A stretch of 63,090 bases of DNA, the filler included, from Craspedostauros australis (Eukaryota): the NCBI GenBank assembly GCA_030167865.1. It is 17 parts of 17 records of this genome, joined end to end, with 100 filler letters (N's around TTAATTAATTAA, not from the genome) between each part and the next. Parts side by side here need not be neighbours in the genome. Positions count along the whole stretch, not along the records: positions 58,807 to 60,779 come from JALAGF010000303.1; positions 60,880 to 61,900 come from JALAGF010000304.1; positions 62,001 to 63,090 come from JALAGF010000307.1; 14 more parts are not named here. One strand, 5' to 3'. A program made the translations under genes and the position numbers. Every line of letters starts with the position of its first letter. Positions within the stretch are counted from its first letter, which is position 1. Shown here one piece after another: positions 60,180-63,090 of the stretch. The notes below the pieces were generated by a model that saw only the letters and a program-made list of their open reading frames with translations, did no database searches and was not told the origin of the DNA.

Positions 60180-60779
60180 GATAACACTAGTTGTGGAGTT
60201 TTGTGGGGGCAGACCATGCTACTAAAACGAGTCTAGAGGGCATCCAAAAAAACACATCCAACATCTGCTTGTCATGCTATATCTCAACAACACATCGTCT
60301 ACAATTAAATCTAAACATTGCGTTCGTACACATGACTATCGGTTAATCAGAATATCGAAGTTAAATGAGTATAGAAAATATTTTGGAAGTCAAGTTGGTT
60401 TGCTGTGTTTTGTGTGGTGGATTCGGAAAAAATTGTTGATGCCACAATGTTGCCCTCCAATGAGCACACATAATCATCATCATCATCCTTGTATTTCAGT
60501 AAACTGTGCATACCATTCGCTCTGCATACCTCCCAGCTATCCGCTCCATGAAGGATGGCCACAGATATCGGCTCTGCATGCAGCAATGCACCCACACACT
60601 GAAACAGAACGATTTCGAAAAAACGCTTTCAATCCGCTTGCAATGCAGATTTGGATCCGTATCTCGTCCATACGATCCTTTCAGCCCCTCCAAGTGCTCC
60701 TCGTGCATTCCCACACTCCATGGCGACACGCGGATGCATCCAGAATGGGCTGGGCGTGCATGGCCGACGTGATACACCT
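60180..60779. mobile_element. End of an unclassified repeat element beginning (GATAA)CACTAGTTGTGGAGT
   Basis: First 20 nt are identical to 47141-47160; first ~140 nt resemble 42626-42765. It interrupts Sola-like copy 2. Confidence 0.55.
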
Positions 60780-60879
60780 NNNNNNNNNNNNNNNNNNNNN
60801 NNNNNNNNNNNNNNNNNNNNNNNTTAATTAATTAANNNNNNNNNNNNNNNNNNNNNNNNNNNNNNNNNNNNNNNNNNNN

Positions 60880-61191
60880 CCACTTCTGTACAGTTTTCAC
60901 ATCCTTTCCCATTCGTCCTGCCAGCACACCCCATGTTGGATATTGTTTGAGAAACATGAGAGCACATAGCAGGTGCTCCATTGTTGCATTCCATGGCAGT
61001 AAGTCTTCCTCATTCAGTCCGTCCCATGCCATGGCAGCCACTTTGGTGTGGGTTCCGAAGTTGCTTCAGAAACATGTTTGCACACCGTACGATGGTGGAG
61101 TGTGGAGTCTAGGATCAAACGCTTGTCCCAGAAGCTCCATGCCCTTGCATGCAATGGTTGTCTTGGTTGTCTGCGTGGTCTCCAGTGCCAT
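60880..61191 (-). mobile_element. ISL2EU/PIF-Harbinger-like transposase N-terminal HTH fragment (with stop)
   Basis: CF*SNFG..VAAMAW..EHLLCALMFLKQY..LAGRMGKDVKTVQKW. The catalytic domain would lie beyond the contig end. Confidence 0.65.
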
Positions 61192-61408
61192 TCTGATGTA
61201 TCTTGGTATGCCAACAGGACGGAGGACGAAAATGTGGCATTCACTAGTGCAATATCTAATTCAGCAACAGAAAGAGGAATGCAGACAGGGCAAGCCCTGT
61301 TATTGTCGATTTGTGCTGAACATACAATAGCCTGGACAATTCAGTGTGTTGTTTGGCTCGTTGACCTTGGCTGTCTGTGTCGGTTTGGACTGGCACAACA
61401 ACGATGAT

Positions 61409-61900
61409 CCGAACACGACCGGCGTACACAGACACAGAAGAGGATTGGATGTGTTGGGTCTGATTGCTCACGAGCAATTTGCACATGCAATGTTGTTGTT
61501 ATCGTGCATGTTGTGTCTGTCATGTCTGTGCAGGACCGTCGCAACAAACCGGGTATGGAGTCATTGAACACAGCGGGTCTGGTCGTAGTATTTTGTTGAC
61601 TGCACAACACCAGCAAAACAGACAGACTAAATCAGGGCAAACCAAACATGACCTGCACCCAGACACAGGGGAGGATTGGATGTGTTGGGTCTGATTGTTC
61701 GTGAACACTTTGCACATGCAATGTTGTTGTTATCGTGCATGTCGTGCATGTCGTGTCTGTCATGTCTGTGCAGGACCGTCGCAACAAACCGGGTATGGAG
61801 TCATTGAACACAGGGTCCATCGTACCCAATCATCCAACGTGCAACACCAGCAAAACAGACAGACTAAATCAGGATGAACCAAACATGACCCGCACCCAGA
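61409..61900. repeat. Tandem direct repeat, about 232-bp unit, just over 2 copies
   Basis: AGGATTGGATGTGTTGGGTCTGATTG at 61441 and 61673, colinear through ..GCACCCAGA. Confidence 0.9.
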
Positions 61901-62000
61901 NNNNNNNNNNNNNNNNNNNNNNNNNNNNNNNNNNNNNNNNNNNNTTAATTAATTAANNNNNNNNNNNNNNNNNNNNNNNNNNNNNNNNNNNNNNNNNNNN

Positions 62001-63090
62001 TCACAGATGACGTACTTGTCCCGTGTGTGGAGTGGGAGGGATGGGAAATCAACCAGCTGGGTGTCCGCACGATCGCAACGCACATGTCAGGAAAGGAACC
62101 GTTCACCGCCGAATCACCAAAGAAGAAGAAGAAGAAGACGCGAAAGTGGGGTGCTACCGCGGTGGAGAGCAAGGCGCTCGTGTTTCGCGATGCATTGGAG
62201 ATGGGGCAAGGAGAGCTACCACACGACCACACCGCAAAATTGAAAGACCAGACCGCGGAAGCCGAAATCCCCCGACTCGCGGTGAAGGGCTGGGCAGTGA
62301 AAACAACGCGCAGCAACGCGGAGTTACCACGGTACGTACTGCAGAAATTGGATGAAATGAGCACGGCCGCCAAAAACGACCCGAAAAATCGACCAACAGA
62401 ACATGAAGCGCACCGTCGACTGATGGAACTGGAGGGAACAGAGACCGATTGGTTCACGCAATTGCACGGAAGTCCAATGTGCGTGAAATCGCACCTGACC
62501 GCGGCGTACTACAGCTCACAACGAGACGCGAAGAAAACAGCCACAGCAGCAGGTATGACCAACAACAACAAAAAACCAGCATCAGGATCATCACCATCAC
62601 CACCATCACCAACAGCAACAGCAACAGCAACTGCTATGGAACCAACAGGTACGAAACCATCAGACAAGCAGAAGAGCCAAGAAGAGGAAGAGATGGAAGA
62701 AGAGGAAAGGGAGAATAGGATGTGGTGTGAGGCGAACACCACCAGGAGGCATGCGGAGAACGAAGAGATGGTCCCGCAAGAAGTGAGGGATGCGATTCGG
62801 ACGAGGATGAGACGGAGACTGGTGGCGAAAATGGAGGAACAAAATAAGGACTAATTAATTCAAAATGTGAACAAATTCGCCAAAACCAAGAACACAAACA
62901 CGTTATTTTGGATCGAACTTGTCGTATGTCTATCGCTCAGTTTAGGAGTAGTCCCAAAATGAGCACATTGACAGGTCCATAAAACCTAAACTACGGACTC
63001 CAAGACTCTGGGTAATTTTCCTGTTGCTATGGACACTATAATGAGTAGGTTGGTATGCTTAGTTTGGTTGTAATCGAAGAAAAAGTGCCA
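62001..63090 (+). mobile_element. Sola-like transposase copy 3: C-terminal part (open to TAA 62854) and 3' flank
   Basis: Near-identical to about 3589-4677 but without that copy's frameshift. Confidence 0.7.

Overview
Eukaryotic DNA, almost certainly from a diatom (FCP/LHC gene with an ASAF-type targeting motif, CoDi-type copia elements, diatom-type LRR and ATPase families). The window is not one locus. It is about 17 contigs joined by artificial 100-nt N-TTAATTAATTAA-N spacers, so adjacency across a spacer carries no biological meaning. Host genes: a double-module LRR type II membrane protein, GPR89/GTG, a mitochondrial carrier, WAPL, an LHC protein, a STAND-like AAA ATPase split over three contigs with two 5' variants, and several secreted Ser/Thr/Pro-rich or Cys-rich proteins. 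Mobile DNA is abundant: several Ty1/copia pieces, an APE-type non-LTR element, an ISL2EU/Harbinger-like fragment, three copies of a Sola-like transposase family, and three ends of an unclassified CACTAG-ended family. The best novelty candidate is a decayed, RT-less tyrosine-recombinase gene family (53906-57856). It has two diverged, divergently oriented copies that share an unrecognised ~190-aa N-terminal domain, and the ORF track hides it because single nonsense mutations split both copies. Many inactivating TE mutations are CpG transitions. All family assignments come from motif recognition by eye; no searches were run.
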